A stretch of 64,000 bases of DNA from Scyliorhinus canicula. Its lineage: Eukaryota. Under the pieces are notes generated by a model. It worked only from the letters and a program-made list of their open reading frames with translations. It did no database searches and was not told where the DNA came from. The position numbers were made by a program, and so were the translations under genes. The stretch is from positions 124,272,653 through 124,336,652 of the forward strand of contig NC_052162.1 in assembly GCF_902713615.1 (NCBI RefSeq), in the 5' to 3' direction. Shown here piece after piece: positions 24,801-36,504 of the stretch (the first letter of the stretch is position 1; the number at the start of each line of letters is the position of its first letter).

Positions 24801-27248
24801 GCGACAGACCCCCATCCCGACCCCCTCTGCACGCTCCAGCTCCTTCTTGGCCATTCCAGCAGCAACCCGGTATCCCCTCCCTCTTCCACCCCATCACCTC
24901 CCCCCCCCCCCCCCCCCCCCAAAGCTAGGGCCCCCCCTAGCTGCGTAACCCCAGTCATTGTACTTCTGTAAGTCAGCTGACTCCTGCTGACCCCGGCTAT
25001 TCCCGCCAACCCAATTACTCTCCCCAGTGACACACACCCATTCCCCCAATGCCGACCCTGCCCCCTGCGTCTCCAGCGCGGGAGAAAAGCCCGCGCCCCC
25101 ATCCCAAGCCCCGCCCCCGACCCAAAACGCGGGAAGACAGGCACATGACCCAACAGGGCCGCGAACCCCACCCAAACCCGCAACCAGTGAAATAATAAAA
25201 GTCCCAACATGATATGATAAAACACCCAAGTAAACAGATAACAGTCCTGAAAAGCAGACAAGAAAAAACGGAACAGCAAAAAAAAACATCGTCCAATAGA
25301 ACCAAAAAGAAAAAAGCGAAAGGATATCAAGGAGGACAAAGCCTCCGGGCTGTGTACAATGTTCCCCAGCCCCCAGTTCAAGTCCAGCTTCTCTGCCTGG
25401 ACAAATGTCCAGGCCTCCTCCGGGGAGTCAAAGTAAAGTTGGCAGTCTTTATAGGTGACCCACAGGCGTGCCGGCTGCAACAGGCCAAACTTGACCCCCT
25501 TCTTGTGGAGCACTACCTTCGCCCGGTTAAACCCAGCCCTTTTCTTTGCCACCTCTGCACTCCAGTCCTGGTAGATCCTGATCTCCGTATTCTCCCACTT
25601 GCTGCTCCTCTCCCTCTTCGCCCAACGAAGCACACATTCACGGTCGACCAAGCGTTGAAAGCGGACCAGCACCGCCCTGGGCGGCTCGTTCGGCCTGGAC
25701 TTCCGCAGCAGCACCCGATGGGCACCCTCCAGCTCCAGGGGTCCCCGGAACGACCCCGCACCCATCAGCGAGTTTAGTATCAGGACCACGTAGGCCCCCA
25801 AATCCGAACCTTCCAGCCCCTCCGGGAGGCCCAAAATCCGCAGATTCATCCAGCGGGAGCGGTTCTCTATCTCCTCCATCCTTGCCAACCATTTCTTTTG
25901 AAGCACCTCGTGCGACTCCACCTTCACCGCCAGGCCCATGAGTTCGTCCTCGTTCTCCGAAGCCTTCTGCTGCAGCTCCCGAATCTCCGCAGCCTGAGCC
26001 GTCTGAGTCGCCCCGAGCCTGTCCAGCGATGCCCTCAACGGCTCCAGGATCTCAGCCTTTAGTTCCAGGAAGGAGCGCAGCAGCAGCTCCTGCTGCTCCC
26101 TCACCCACTGCTGCCATGCTGCCGGTTCCCCACCCGCCGCCATCTTGTCCTTTCTGCCTCGCACCTTCTTCTGCTGCAAAGTTGATTTTCTGGTCGCTCC
26201 ACTCTAGTCCAGCCCATCCACCGGCCGCTGAGCACAGTGGCTGCGTTCCCACCCGGGGAAAAGCCGAATCAGTGCCGTTGCGGGCCCTTAAAAGAGCCCG
26301 AAAGTCCAAAAATAGCGGGAGCTACCGAACGTGCGGCTTAGCTCCGCATCGCTGCAACCGGAAGTCTAATCTGAATTTTTCCAACATGACTTAGTATTCA
26401 TTTTGGGCACGGCCTCAGCCCACAGATCTGATTACATTGTGTCCTTCGTGATGTTCAAAATGCTTTGAATATCAAGAGGGGTGTGAATTTTGGTTCCTGT
26501 CATTTCTATAGTTTTATTATCGAATTGTGTCCCCAGCACATAATTTTGACTTTGATTTGGGTCTAGTTTGTGTTCTTGTAGACAGGTTGTCTCCAGTTTT
26601 TTTAATTGACCTGATGTCAGCAGAGCTTCACATCTATATATTTGTCCCCCAGTCATTCTTTTCTATCTGCTGATTTTACTTCAATGAAGGTGTGAATCAT
26701 TGCTTTTAGCGTAATGCTAAAAATCTACTTGGTTATAACTTGAAAGGTTTACATTTATCACCTAACTCAACTGAAACCCTCATCCATGCTTTTCCAGATG
26801 CTTACTAAGATGGTTAATTTCAATGAAGGTGTGAGCCATTGTTTTTAGCTACATACAAAAATCCTGTTTGTTTGCTAAGCCTGCTTGGGAGAAGGAATCA
26901 GCATTTTATAATCATGCTCTTTGCAGCTGCTGTTAACCATTCATGGGATCTTTCCCTGTATCCTCTCATGTTTCTCTCAGACCAGATATTGCCAGACTTC
27001 CATGTTTCAAATGACACATCTTTCCTAATTTTCAATTACAAGATGAAACACGGAATCTCCTCACACAATCAGAGCAGGTGAATCAAGTGTGAATTCGCTG
27101 GTGTCTCCACAGTGTGGATGATGTTTGAAAAGTCTTTGTGCAGTGAGAGCAATTGAACAGTTTCTCCTCAGTGTGAATGCACTGGTGGGACATCATTACC
27201 TGAGAGCTTTTAAACCCACACCCACTGTCAGAGCATTTAAAGTGTCTC

Positions 27249-28844
27249 TCATTGGTGTGAGTGACATTGTGGCTCAGCAAGTGATGATCGAGTAAATCTT
27301 TTCCCAGTTGGAGAGGTGAATGGGCTCTCCCCGGTGTGACCTCGCTCGTGTTTCATCAGGTTGGATGAGGTTCTAAAGCTCTTTGTGCAGTGAGAGCAGC
27401 TGAACGGTCTCTCCTCAGAGTGAATGCGCTGGTGGGACATTAGTAGCTGAGAGCTTTTGAAACCCCTCCTGCAGTCAGAGCATTTAAAGGGCCTGCTCGC
27501 GGTGTGAGTGACATTGCGTTTCCGCAGGCTGGATAATTCAGTGAATCTCTTATCACACACAGTGCAGCTGAATGGCCTCTCCCCAGTGTGAACTCGTTCG
27601 TGTCTCCGCAGGTTGAAAATGTCAGTGAATCCCTTTTCACACTGAGAGCAGGTGAAAGGCCTCTCCCCAGTGTGAACTCGTTCGTGTCGCCGCAGGCTGC
27701 CAATGTCACTGAATCCCTTTTCACACTGAGAGCAGGTGAATGGCCATTCTCCGGTGTGAACTCTCTGGTGAACCTGCAGGTTGGATAACCGAGTGAATCC
27801 CTTCCCACAGTCAGAGCAGGTGAACGGCCTCTCCCCAGTGTGAACTTGCTGGTGTCTCTGCAGGCCGGATAACTGAGTGAATCCCTTCCCACAGTCAGAG
27901 CAGATGAACGGCCTCTCCCCAGTGTGACCTCGTTCGTGTCTCCGCAGGTTGCCAATGTCAGTGAATCCCTTTTCACACTGAGAGCAGGTGAAAGGCCTCT
28001 CTCCAGTGTGAACTCTCTGGTGCCTCTGCAGTTTGGATAACCGAGTGAATCCCTTCCCACAGTCAGAGCAGGTGAACGGCCTCTCCCCAGTGTGAACCCG
28101 ACGGTGTGTCCGCAGGTTGGATAACTGAGTGAATCCCTTCCCACAGTCAGAGCAGGTGAACGGCCTCTTCCCAGTGTGGACTCGTTCGTGTCTCCGCAGG
28201 TTGCCCAAGGCAGTGAATCTCTTTTCACACTGAGAGCAGGGGAAAGGCCTCTCCCCAGTATGAACTCGTTCGTGTTTCCACAGGTTGCGAATGTCACTGA
28301 ATCCCTTTTCACACTGAGAGCAGGTGAATGGCCTCTCTCCAGTGTGAACTCTCTGGTGGCTCTGCAGGCTGGATAACTGAAGGAATCCCTTCCCACAGTC
28401 AGAGCAGGTGAACGGCCTCTCCCCAGTATGAACTCGTTCGTGTTTCCGCAGGGTGCCAATGTCACTGAATCCCTTTTCACACTGAGAGCAGGTGTAAGGC
28501 CATTCTCCGGTGTGAACTCTCTGGTGTCTCTGCAGGCTGCATATCTGAGTGAATCCCTTCCCACACTGAGAGCAGGTGAACGGCCTCTCCCCAGTGTGAA
28601 CTCTCTGGTGTCCCTGCAGGCTGGATAACTGAGTGAATCCCTTCCCACAGTCAGAGCAGGTGAATGGCCTCTCCCCAGTGTGAACACGTTCGTGTATCCG
28701 CAGGCTGCCAATGATAGTGAATCCCTTTTCACACTGAGAGCAGGTGAAAGGCCTCTCTCCAGTGTGACTGCGTTGATGTATTTCCAGCTGGCATGGGAAT
28801 GTGAATCCCTTCCCACAATCCTCACATTTCCATGGTTTCTCCAT
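27249..28844 (-). CDS. ZNF-D: C2H2 protein, 18 fingers (finger 16 lacks first His)
   Basis: accATGG start at 28844 ([10 protein letters not shown]); open array; terminal frameshift followed by relic fingers; acceptor tttgcag|G with exon start at 29199. Confidence 0.92.
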   Translation of the reverse strand: MEKPWKCEDCGKGFTFPCQLEIHQRSHTGERPFTCSQCEKGFTIIGSLRIHERVHTGERPFTCSDCGKGFTQLSSLQGHQRVHTGERPFTCSQCGKGFTQICSLQRHQRVHTGEWPYTCSQCEKGFSDIGTLRKHERVHTGERPFTCSDCGKGFLQLSSLQSHQRVHTGERPFTCSQCEKGFSDIRNLWKHERVHTGERPFPCSQCEKRFTALGNLRRHERVHTGKRPFTCSDCGKGFTQLSNLRTHRRVHTGERPFTCSDCGKGFTRLSKLQRHQRVHTGERPFTCSQCEKGFTDIGNLRRHERGHTGERPFICSDCGKGFTQLSGLQRHQQVHTGERPFTCSDCGKGFTRLSNLQVHQRVHTGEWPFTCSQCEKGFSDIGSLRRHERVHTGERPFTCSQCEKGFTDIFNLRRHERVHTGERPFSCTVCDKRFTELSSLRKRNVTHTASRPFKCSDCRRGFKSSQLLMSHQRIHSEERPFSCSHCTKSFRTSSNLMKHERGHTGESPFTSPTGKRFTRSSLAEPQCHSHQ

Positions 28845-29370
28845 GGTCCGGGTGATCTTGTGTCTCACCGCGTTGGACAGTCAGTTGAAGCCTCGTCCAC
28901 ACACAGAACACCTATACAGTCTCTCCCTGCTGTGAATGGTGTAGTATTTTTTCAGGCTGTGTCACTGGTTATAGCTCTTTCCACAGTCAGTGCTCTGGAA
29001 CACTCTCACTCGGGTGTGTGTGTCTCAGTGCTATTCCAGACACACTGATGTTTAAAATCTCTTGAAGCAGACAGAATAGACAAACTTTTCTCCTTCTAGA
29101 TTCAAAGGCCGATGATCCCAAGAATTGAGTGACTCAGTCAGTTCTTGACGTGATATTTAGTTTGAGATATAGGCCTCGAACTCCTCTCGTTCGAACTTCC
29201 TGCAAACAGATTTTACAATAGTAATCATTGTCAGTACAGGATAGAAACACAGAACAGACAATTCTAGTTTCTATCGAACATTCTTTCCTCTCTCTCTTTC
29301 CCTAAAATGCTCTAAATCTCAATCCCACAGACTCTCCCTCCATTCTCACTCTGCTGTATCTAATATTCAC

Positions 29371-29450
29371 CGTCCCAATTCTCCTGAAGGTGCTGATTCA
29401 GGCTGATTGACAGATCCCTGCTCACTGCTTCCTGTCCTGGACACAGAGAC
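29371..29450 (-). other. Putative 80-nt middle 5'UTR exon of ZNF-D
   Basis: ttttcag|gtctct..gggacg|GTGAAT; homologous blocks at 969-1017 (-) and 8340-8415 (+). Confidence 0.55.
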
Positions 29451-29841
29451 CTGAAAATCTTCATGCAGGCTGACAGACAGATATATGTCGAGATTACTGG
29501 ATGAAAAATGTGTGTAATATACAGACTGTATTCACTTACTTTCCCTCCCAATTTTCCTGAAGGTGCTGATCAACAAATCTAAAGTCGCTAAAACCTGTAC
29601 AAGAGGAGAGAATCTCCATATAAGGACATTTACTGATTAGAGATGGGGAAATCTGTGGAAGAATTTTATTTAGTCATGGAGTGGACATGACAGGGAACCC
29701 ACTGCCCACAAGGGTTGTGGAAGTCCAGATAATCAATAATTTAAAATAAAATAGGATGGTCACTTGAAGAAAATAAACTTGCAGGGGAACAGGGATATCG
29801 AGGGGGAATGTGACTGACTGGATTACTGTGCAGAGAGTCAG

Positions 29842-30188
29842 CATAGACATAGACATAGAAGACATAGAACAGTACAGCACAGACCAGGCCCTTCGGCCCT
29901 CGATGTTGTGCCGAGCAATGATCACCCTACTTAAACCCACGTAACCCGTATACCCGTAACCCAACAATCCCCCCATTAACCTTACACTACGGGCAATTTA
30001 GTATGGCCAATCCACCTAACCCGCACATCTTTGGACTGTGGGAGGAAACCGGAGCACCCGGAGGAAACCCACGCACACACGGGGAGGACGTGCAGACTCC
30101 ACACAGACAGTGACCCAGCCGGGATTCGAACCTGGGACCCTGGAGTTGTGAAGCATTGATGCTAACCACCATGCTACCGTGAGGCCCC
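29842..30188 (-). mobile_element. V-SINE (HE1-like)
   Basis: Near-identical to 1503-1852. Confidence 0.85.
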
Positions 30189-30374
30189 AATTGACTTGAG
30201 ATACCAAATGGATTCTGTCAGTGCTGCAATGACTGTATGACTGGAAATATATAATGTGGGTACAGTACTATATAACAAAACTAGAACTAATAATACATGT
30301 ATTTTATTACAGAACCATCAATAATATATATAATACATACCATATAACATTAGACATATCTCTGTCCGATTTTA

Positions 30375-32010
30375 AATTTTTAAAAATTAATTTACGGGAT
30401 GTGGACAATGCTGGTTAGGCCAGCATTTATTGCCCATCCCCAGTTACCCTTCCAAAGTAGTGGTGAGTTGCCTTCTTAAAACACTGCAATCCTTGAGGTG
30501 TAGGTACATCCCCTGTGCTTTTTTAAAATTTGTTTTTATAAATGTAAAGGACCCAATTCATTTTTTCCAATTAAGGGGCAATTTAGCATGGCCAATCCAC
30601 CTACCCTGCACATCTTTGGGTTTGAGAGCGAAACCCACGCAAACACAGGGAGAATGTGCAAGCTCCACACGGACAGTGACCCAGAGCCAGGATTGAGCCT
30701 GGGACCTCGGCGCCGTGAGGCAGCAGCGCTAACCACTGCTCCACCATGCTGCCCTACATCCCCTGTGCTGTTAGGGAGGGAATTCCAGGAGGTTGCCCCA
30801 GGGACAGTGAAGGAACGGCAATATATTTCCAAGTCAGGGGGGTGTGTAACTTGGAAGCGAACCTCCAGGTGGTGAGGTTCCCAGGTATCTGCTGCTCTTG
30901 TCCTTCTAGATGGTAGTGGTTGTGGGTATGGAAGGTGCTGTCTGAGGAACATTTATGAGTTACTGCAGTGTATCTTGGAGATGGTATACACGGCTGCTAC
31001 TGTTTGTCGGTGGTGGAAGGTTTGAATGTTTGTGGAAGGGGGTGCAATCAATCAGGCTGCTTTGACCTGGATACAGCCAAGCTTCTTGCGTGTTGTTGGA
31101 GCTGCACTCATCCAGCAAAGTGGAGCGTATTCCATTACACTCCTGACTTGTGCTTGTAGATGTCTGGTGGACAGGCTTTGGGGCATCAGGTGGTGTGTTA
31201 CTTGCCGTAGGATTCCTAGCCCTTGATCTGTCCTGGTAGCTACAGTATTAATATGGCCAGTCCTGTTCAGTTTCTGATCAATGGTAACCCCCACGAAGTT
31301 GATTGTGCGGGTTTCAGCGATGGGAATGCCACTGAATGTCAAGGGGTGGTGGTTAGATCCTCTCTTGTCGGAGATGGTCATTGCCTGGCACTTGTGTAGC
31401 ACGAATGTAACTTGCCACTTATCAGCCCAAGTCTGGATATTGTCCAGGTCTTACTGAATTTGGACATGGACTGCTTCATTATCTGAGAAGTTGAGAATGG
31501 TGCTGAACATGTTTGCAGATGTCTGCAAACATCACTTCTCACCTGATGATGGAAGGGAGATCATTGATGAAGCAGCTGAAGATGGTTGGTCCTAGGATAC
31601 TGCCCTGAGGATCTCCTGCAGTGATGTCCTGCAGCTGAGATATTTGACCTCCAATCACCACAACCATCTTCCTTTGTGCCAGGTATGACTCCAACCAGCG
31701 TAGAGTTATCCCCTAATTCCCACTGACTCCAGTTTAGCTGGGGTTCCTTAATTCCATACTCTGTCAAATGCTGCCTTGATGTCAAGGGGAGTCACTCTTA
31801 CCTCCCTTCTGGCATTCAGCTCTTTCGTCCAAGGTTGTAATGAGGTCAGGAGCTGAGTGACTCTGGTGAAATCCAAACTGAGCATCCAGGAGCAGGCTAT
31901 TGCAGAATAAGTGCCACTTAATTGGACCTTTGATGACTCCTTCCATCACTATGCTGATGATCGAGAGTATTTCGACGGGGAAGTAATTGGCTGGGTTGGA
32001 TTTGGCCTGT
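30375..32010 (-). mobile_element. Decayed LINE RT 3' half (clade uncertain) in the ZNF-D intron
   Basis: AAFDRVW, PQGSILGP, GVTIDQKLN..HIN, QVRSVMEY remnants; 3' tail shared with the SINE at 61095. Confidence 0.7.
30520..30754 (-). mobile_element. V-SINE, A-tail subfamily, 15-bp TSD
   Basis: TSD tacatcccctgtgct at 30505-30519 and 30755-30769. Confidence 0.85.
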
Positions 32011-32280
32011 TTACTGTCCCTTAAATGTCAGCCATCTCCTGGGGAAAGCAGCCCTTTAATTGTGAACATTAGGAAAGAAACCATTTTAGCCAGACAAATA
32101 AATGTGTCAAGCTGAGGGAGCAAAGGATGTCAATGTCTTTAAGAGAGTGAGATCTGGGCCAGCCTTTACTGCTCCCTCCCTGGATTCACTTCCTTTCCCT
32201 TCAGTTGCTGCAAGTCATCAATTGAAGGTGAGAATCAGAAAAGAAATGGAAAAAGGGAGAAAAGAAAGTGTTTAACTCAC

Positions 32281-32805
32281 AGATGTTGGAGACAGGAGGA
32301 CGGGTTCAGTCTGTGTGCAGCTCAAGCTGATTCAGGGTTGGAGGAACAACAGCTTTACTCGGCACAAACCTCCATCTCCAGCTTTCGCATTGAGACAATG
32401 GGGGAGCTCTGATTGGCGGAGGGAAGATTCCTTCCGGTTCTCCTACTTCCAATTGGTCACAACTCAGCAGTGTCACCGGAGGTGAGCTCCTTCTGCACAT
32501 GCGCAGAGTCCCCTCTCCCTGAGACATGCGCAGTCCCGGGTCGAGGGAGGGAATCCTCGATAGCCGGAACTGTCAGCCGGTTGCCAGGAAACCTTGTCTC
32601 GTGGATGCGTCGGGGAGGGGGAAAAAATTACGGGGACGGGGCTCCGTATTCGCGCGCGGGGCGGGTGCGCTCAAATGCAGTGACGTCACTGTGGAAGGGA
32701 TTGATTACTATTGGTTGATTTAGAGGACTAGCTGCTTTGTGATGTCACAATGTGGAGGTTGGACAATGAGTTTCAGACTAAAACTTCCTCCTCTGGGCAA
32801 CATCT
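32281..32805. promoter_or_regulatory. P2: promoter module of ZNF-D; rightward first exon orphaned
   Basis: Homologous to P1 and P3; CAGTGACGTCACTG 32678-32691, two CATGCGCA, ATTGG; left donor GTGAGT at 32280; right donor mutated to GGGAGC at 32806. Confidence 0.7.
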
Positions 32806-33092
32806 GGGAGCAAATCAATGTCTCCCCCTTTCAGAAGGTCATAAGATATAGGAGCAGAATTCGACCATTTGACCCATCGACTCTACTCTGACATTCAATC
32901 ATGGCTGATCTCATCCTGGCCTCAACGCCACTGTCCTGAGAGTTCTCCATAACCCTTCAACCCGATTAAAAATCTGTCTAATTCCTCCCTAAATTTACTC
33001 ACTGTCCCAGCTTCACCACACTCTGGGGTAGTTAATTCCACAGATTCACAGCCCATTGAAGAAGCAGCTCCTCCTCAACTCTGTTCTGAATT

Positions 33093-33312
33093 GGGCAGCA
33101 CTGTGACCCAGTGGTTAGCACTGCTGTCTACAGCGCTGAGGACCTGGGTTGATCCCAGTTCCGTGTCACTGTGTGGAATTTGCACTTTCTCCCCGTGTGT
33201 GTAGGTTTCCACCCCACAACCCAAAGATGTGTAGAGTAGGTGGATTGGTCACACTAAATTGCCCCTTAATTGGCAAAAAAAAATTGGATACACTAAATTT
33301 ATTTTAAAATTA
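33093..33312 (+). mobile_element. V-SINE inside a CR1 3' tail (about 32838-33410, -)
   Basis: V core and A-rich tail. Confidence 0.75.
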
Positions 33313-33569
33313 AAACTGTTTTAAATTTGTTACCGCTTATCGTAAGACTATTGCCTCTCATTCTGGAATGCCCCATAAGATGCACCAGCCTCTCCAAGTC
33401 TACTTATACTTTCCGTTTCTTTTCTCATTCTGAGGGGACTTTGGTGACTTGCAGCAACTGAAGAGAAAGGAAGTGAATCCAGTCTGTATGTTCCACACAT
33501 TTTGAGTTCAGTAATATAGACATATTTCCGTCTGGCAGTCTGCATGGAGATTTGCAGGCCTCTCCAACA

Positions 33570-34661
33570 CGGCTGAGGCGAGGGGGGGAATTCGGGCGCG
33601 ATAGCGGCAACCGTCCAGGACTGGCACACCGCTGCAAAGTGGCCTTTCTTGCCACAAGCTTTGCAGGTCGAGGTGCGGGCTGGGCAGCGCTGGCGGGGAT
33701 GCTTCTGCTGACCACAGAAGTAGCAGCGGGGACCCCCAGGGTGCGTGGTGCGGCGAGCAGCGCAGGTGTACTGTGCGGGGGCAGCTGCTGGGGGTGGGGC
33801 GGTTGCGGGATCCACGAGGGGTAGGACGGGTGGGCCAAGGGAGCCAGTTGCGGGGTCCACGAGGGGTAGGAGGGGTGGGCCGAGTGGCTAGCGGGGTAGG
33901 ATCGCGCACCAAGGGAGGCAGCCGTCATTGATAGCGCCAGAGTCTTTGTAGCCGCGAGATCGAGAGCGGCCCCTTCCAGCAGACGTTGCCGGATGGGGTC
34001 CGATGCAAGACCCGTAACAAAGGCATCCCGCATGAGTAGGTCGGAATGTTCTGTGGCTGTGAGGGCCTGGCAGTCGCAGTCTCGTACTAGAGGTATAAGG
34101 GCCCTCCAAAAGTCCTCAATTGACTCACACGGCTGTTGGACGCGAGTAGAGAGTAGATGTCTCTTGAGCAGTTCCATGGCCCGGGCGTAGTCAGGCGCAT
34201 CTCGAATTAGCGGAAACACGCTGGAGCTGAGTCTTGACTAAAGAAGCTGTCATTTCTGAGCCTCTGAAGGTGGAGGGTCCACTGAAGAGATGTCGGCCTC
34301 GAAAACTGCAAGCCAGTGAACAAAGTCTCTCCTGGCGTGTGGCGACTGCGGATCCAGCTGCAGGCGGTCAGGTTTAATCCTGATGTCTATGGTGTAAGGA
34401 AAATCTCACTGTAATAAATTGTGGCTCTAACAATTGTACTCAAAGACTCGAGTGAAGTACAAGAGAGGCGTTATTACAGTGAGATGTCATTCCTCCGGCG
34501 GCAGCTGTAGAATGGCATCTCAGTGAAGCTTACGAATATTTATACAACTCCCTATGGGCGGAGCTAGCCGGCAGGGGCTTACCGGAGAAACCTGTAATAC
34601 AGGTACAGCCATACATCCCCCTACTGCAAACACACATATATACAGTGGTTGGATCACCACA
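33570..34661 (-). mobile_element. gag: Ty3/Gypsy 5' LTR plus decayed gag
   Basis: LTR 34661-34420 TG..CA with TATAAATA; gag DIRIKPDRL..MRDAFVTGL..IRQRLLE and double knuckle CYFCGQQKHPRQRCPA..CKACGKKGHFAAVC. Confidence 0.85.
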
Positions 34662-35519
34662 TGCTGCCCGGCTCAACGCTTTTTCATCAACAATGATTTA
34701 GCCTCTGCAGGAAATTGAGAAAAGAGGCAGCATTGCTCGTTGGCTACACAAGATAGTACTGGTTAGATTCAATGTCTTTATCCAGAAGGTGTGGAACTTC
34801 CTGCCACAGGGACTGGTTGAGGAAAACAGCATGAATGCACTTAGCAAGTTGCAGACACAAGAGAGAAAGGAATAGAAAGACCTGCTGACAGAGAGAAGCG
34901 AAAGGCTCATGGGGAATATATACACTGACACTGGGTACAATGACCTGTTTTTGTGCTGTCTATTGAGTTTCATTCTACTTTGATTCTTTTTACAGGGTAT
35001 TTTCCAAGATGTGTTTTGTGAGAGATGAAGTCACGATAGCCAATAAGTGTGAGCTGTTTTCAAGTTGTTTCCTTTACGTCCTGTACTTTGCCACTAACTT
35101 GCCGACAAAACAGCCTGGCCAGCTGTAACTGTACTGTGTATAAATGTATGTTATTATAACTACTCCTTCAGATGCTTCAGTTTGCTGAAGCATTCACCTG
35201 CATGCTTGTAATAAAGAATCCCAAACTTTCGCCAACTCTGGACTCCAAGTGACATTTGTCCCACAACAACCTGGTGTTAGGAACAAGATCCACTGACGGC
35301 TCTGATTAAAGGAAAGTCCCCGTGGACAGTGTATTATTTGTTTTATACCACCTGTGTTTAATTCAGTCTGACTGACCACTGGGACCTCCAAAGAACCTCA
35401 GCGATCCATTTCTGGTCTGTTTCTTTGATCTCTATTCGATGCAATTTCAATAACTGGACCATTTCACACAGGGAATTGTCAGTTTTATACCAAGGATATG
35501 TTTGAGGCGATGCTGAAGT

Positions 35520-36240
35520 CCCCGTGACTGTGAGGGTTTTGTTGCTGCCGACAAATGAGGAGATAAAGCTGTACGGGAGGCTAAACAGAAAGAGTTTGGC
35601 AGTAGAAGAGAGTTTGGCGTGAGTTCAGAGGTCCCTGATGGGGCTCAGCCAGCATCATCACATCAATGGATCTGCACAGAAAAGGCCCAACCGGATGGAA
35701 CTTACAAGTCCAAGGCGAAGTTAGTGGCTGAGGGATTTGAAAAACCCTTAGGAGACAAGAGGTCAGAGTGGACCCACCCACAGTGGGAAAGGTCAATTTG
35801 ACATTTCTTTGGTCCCTTTCACGACATTTTCTTGGGAATGTAAGTCAAGAAACATAAAAGCTGCAGTTGTGCTGGGGAATCACTTCCCGGGGGCAGGGTT
35901 TCTGCAACGTCCTAAAAATGAGCCAGATGTAGATGGAAGTCTTTGGAAGTTAAATAAGTGTGTCTATGTTTTGAACAATGTTTCCGAGTGTATGGTGCTT
36001 CTCAGTTCGATCCGTTTTGTACAAGTCGGGTTGTCTCCACCTGAAGGCAGAAGCTGCCGTGTTTTATTGGTACCATGGCAGGAAACTCTCAGGCATCTTT
36101 ATGATGCATGCATGTTGATGGCTGCCTATGTGGTGGTGCGAGTGAGTTTCAAAACAATGTTACTGACAGCAACAGAACAACATTTAAGGTTGGAGCCAGG
36201 CTTCTGGGACCTTTAAATAGATTGGATTGGAAATCAGGCA
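35520..36240 (+). mobile_element. Decayed Ty1/Copia-type reverse transcriptase fragment
   Basis: WICTEK..DGTYKSKAKLVAEGFE, NIKAAVVLG, LWKLNKCVYVL resemble Copia KARLVARGF, DIKTAFL.G and L.K..YGL. Confidence 0.6.
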
Positions 36241-36504
36241 GTGTGGGATCTGATTGACTAGGGAAACCAGTCCTTTAACTGTGAACATGAAGAAAGAGAC
36301 CATCCTTTTAGTCAGACAAATAAATGTGTCAAGCTGAGGGAGCAAAGGATGTCAATGTCTTTGAGAGAGACCTGGGCCAAGCTTTCCAGAGTCTGCACCC
36401 TCCCTGGATTCACTTCCTTTCCCTTCAGTTGCTGCAAGTAACCAATTGAATTTCAAAATGAGAAAAGAAATGGAAAGGGGGAGAAAAGAAAGTGTTTTAC
36501 TCCC

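Larger units (their letters stand above)
19526..26366 (-). mobile_element. Full-length decayed L1 with nested CR1 and SINE
   Basis: 15-bp TSD taatctgaatttttc (19511-19525, 26367-26381); 5' end gacttccggttgc resembles the L1 at 11120; ORF1 and multi-frameshifted EN/RT motifs. Confidence 0.92.
18799..27050 (-). mobile_element. LTR-like element (18799-19525 plus 26382-27050) split by an L1
   Basis: TGTT..AACA termini, internal direct repeats (about 19170-19400 and 26680-26850), non-coding; no clear TSD. Confidence 0.45.

Noticed and set aside
27249-28844. CRISPR-like array or PRDM9
   Set aside because: The 84-bp periodicity is coding C2H2 repeats; there are no spacers, cas genes or PR/SET domain.
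35010-35270. Additional solo LTR (also near 46870-47460)
   Set aside because: TATA and AATAAA-like signals are present, but termini and TSD could not be fixed.
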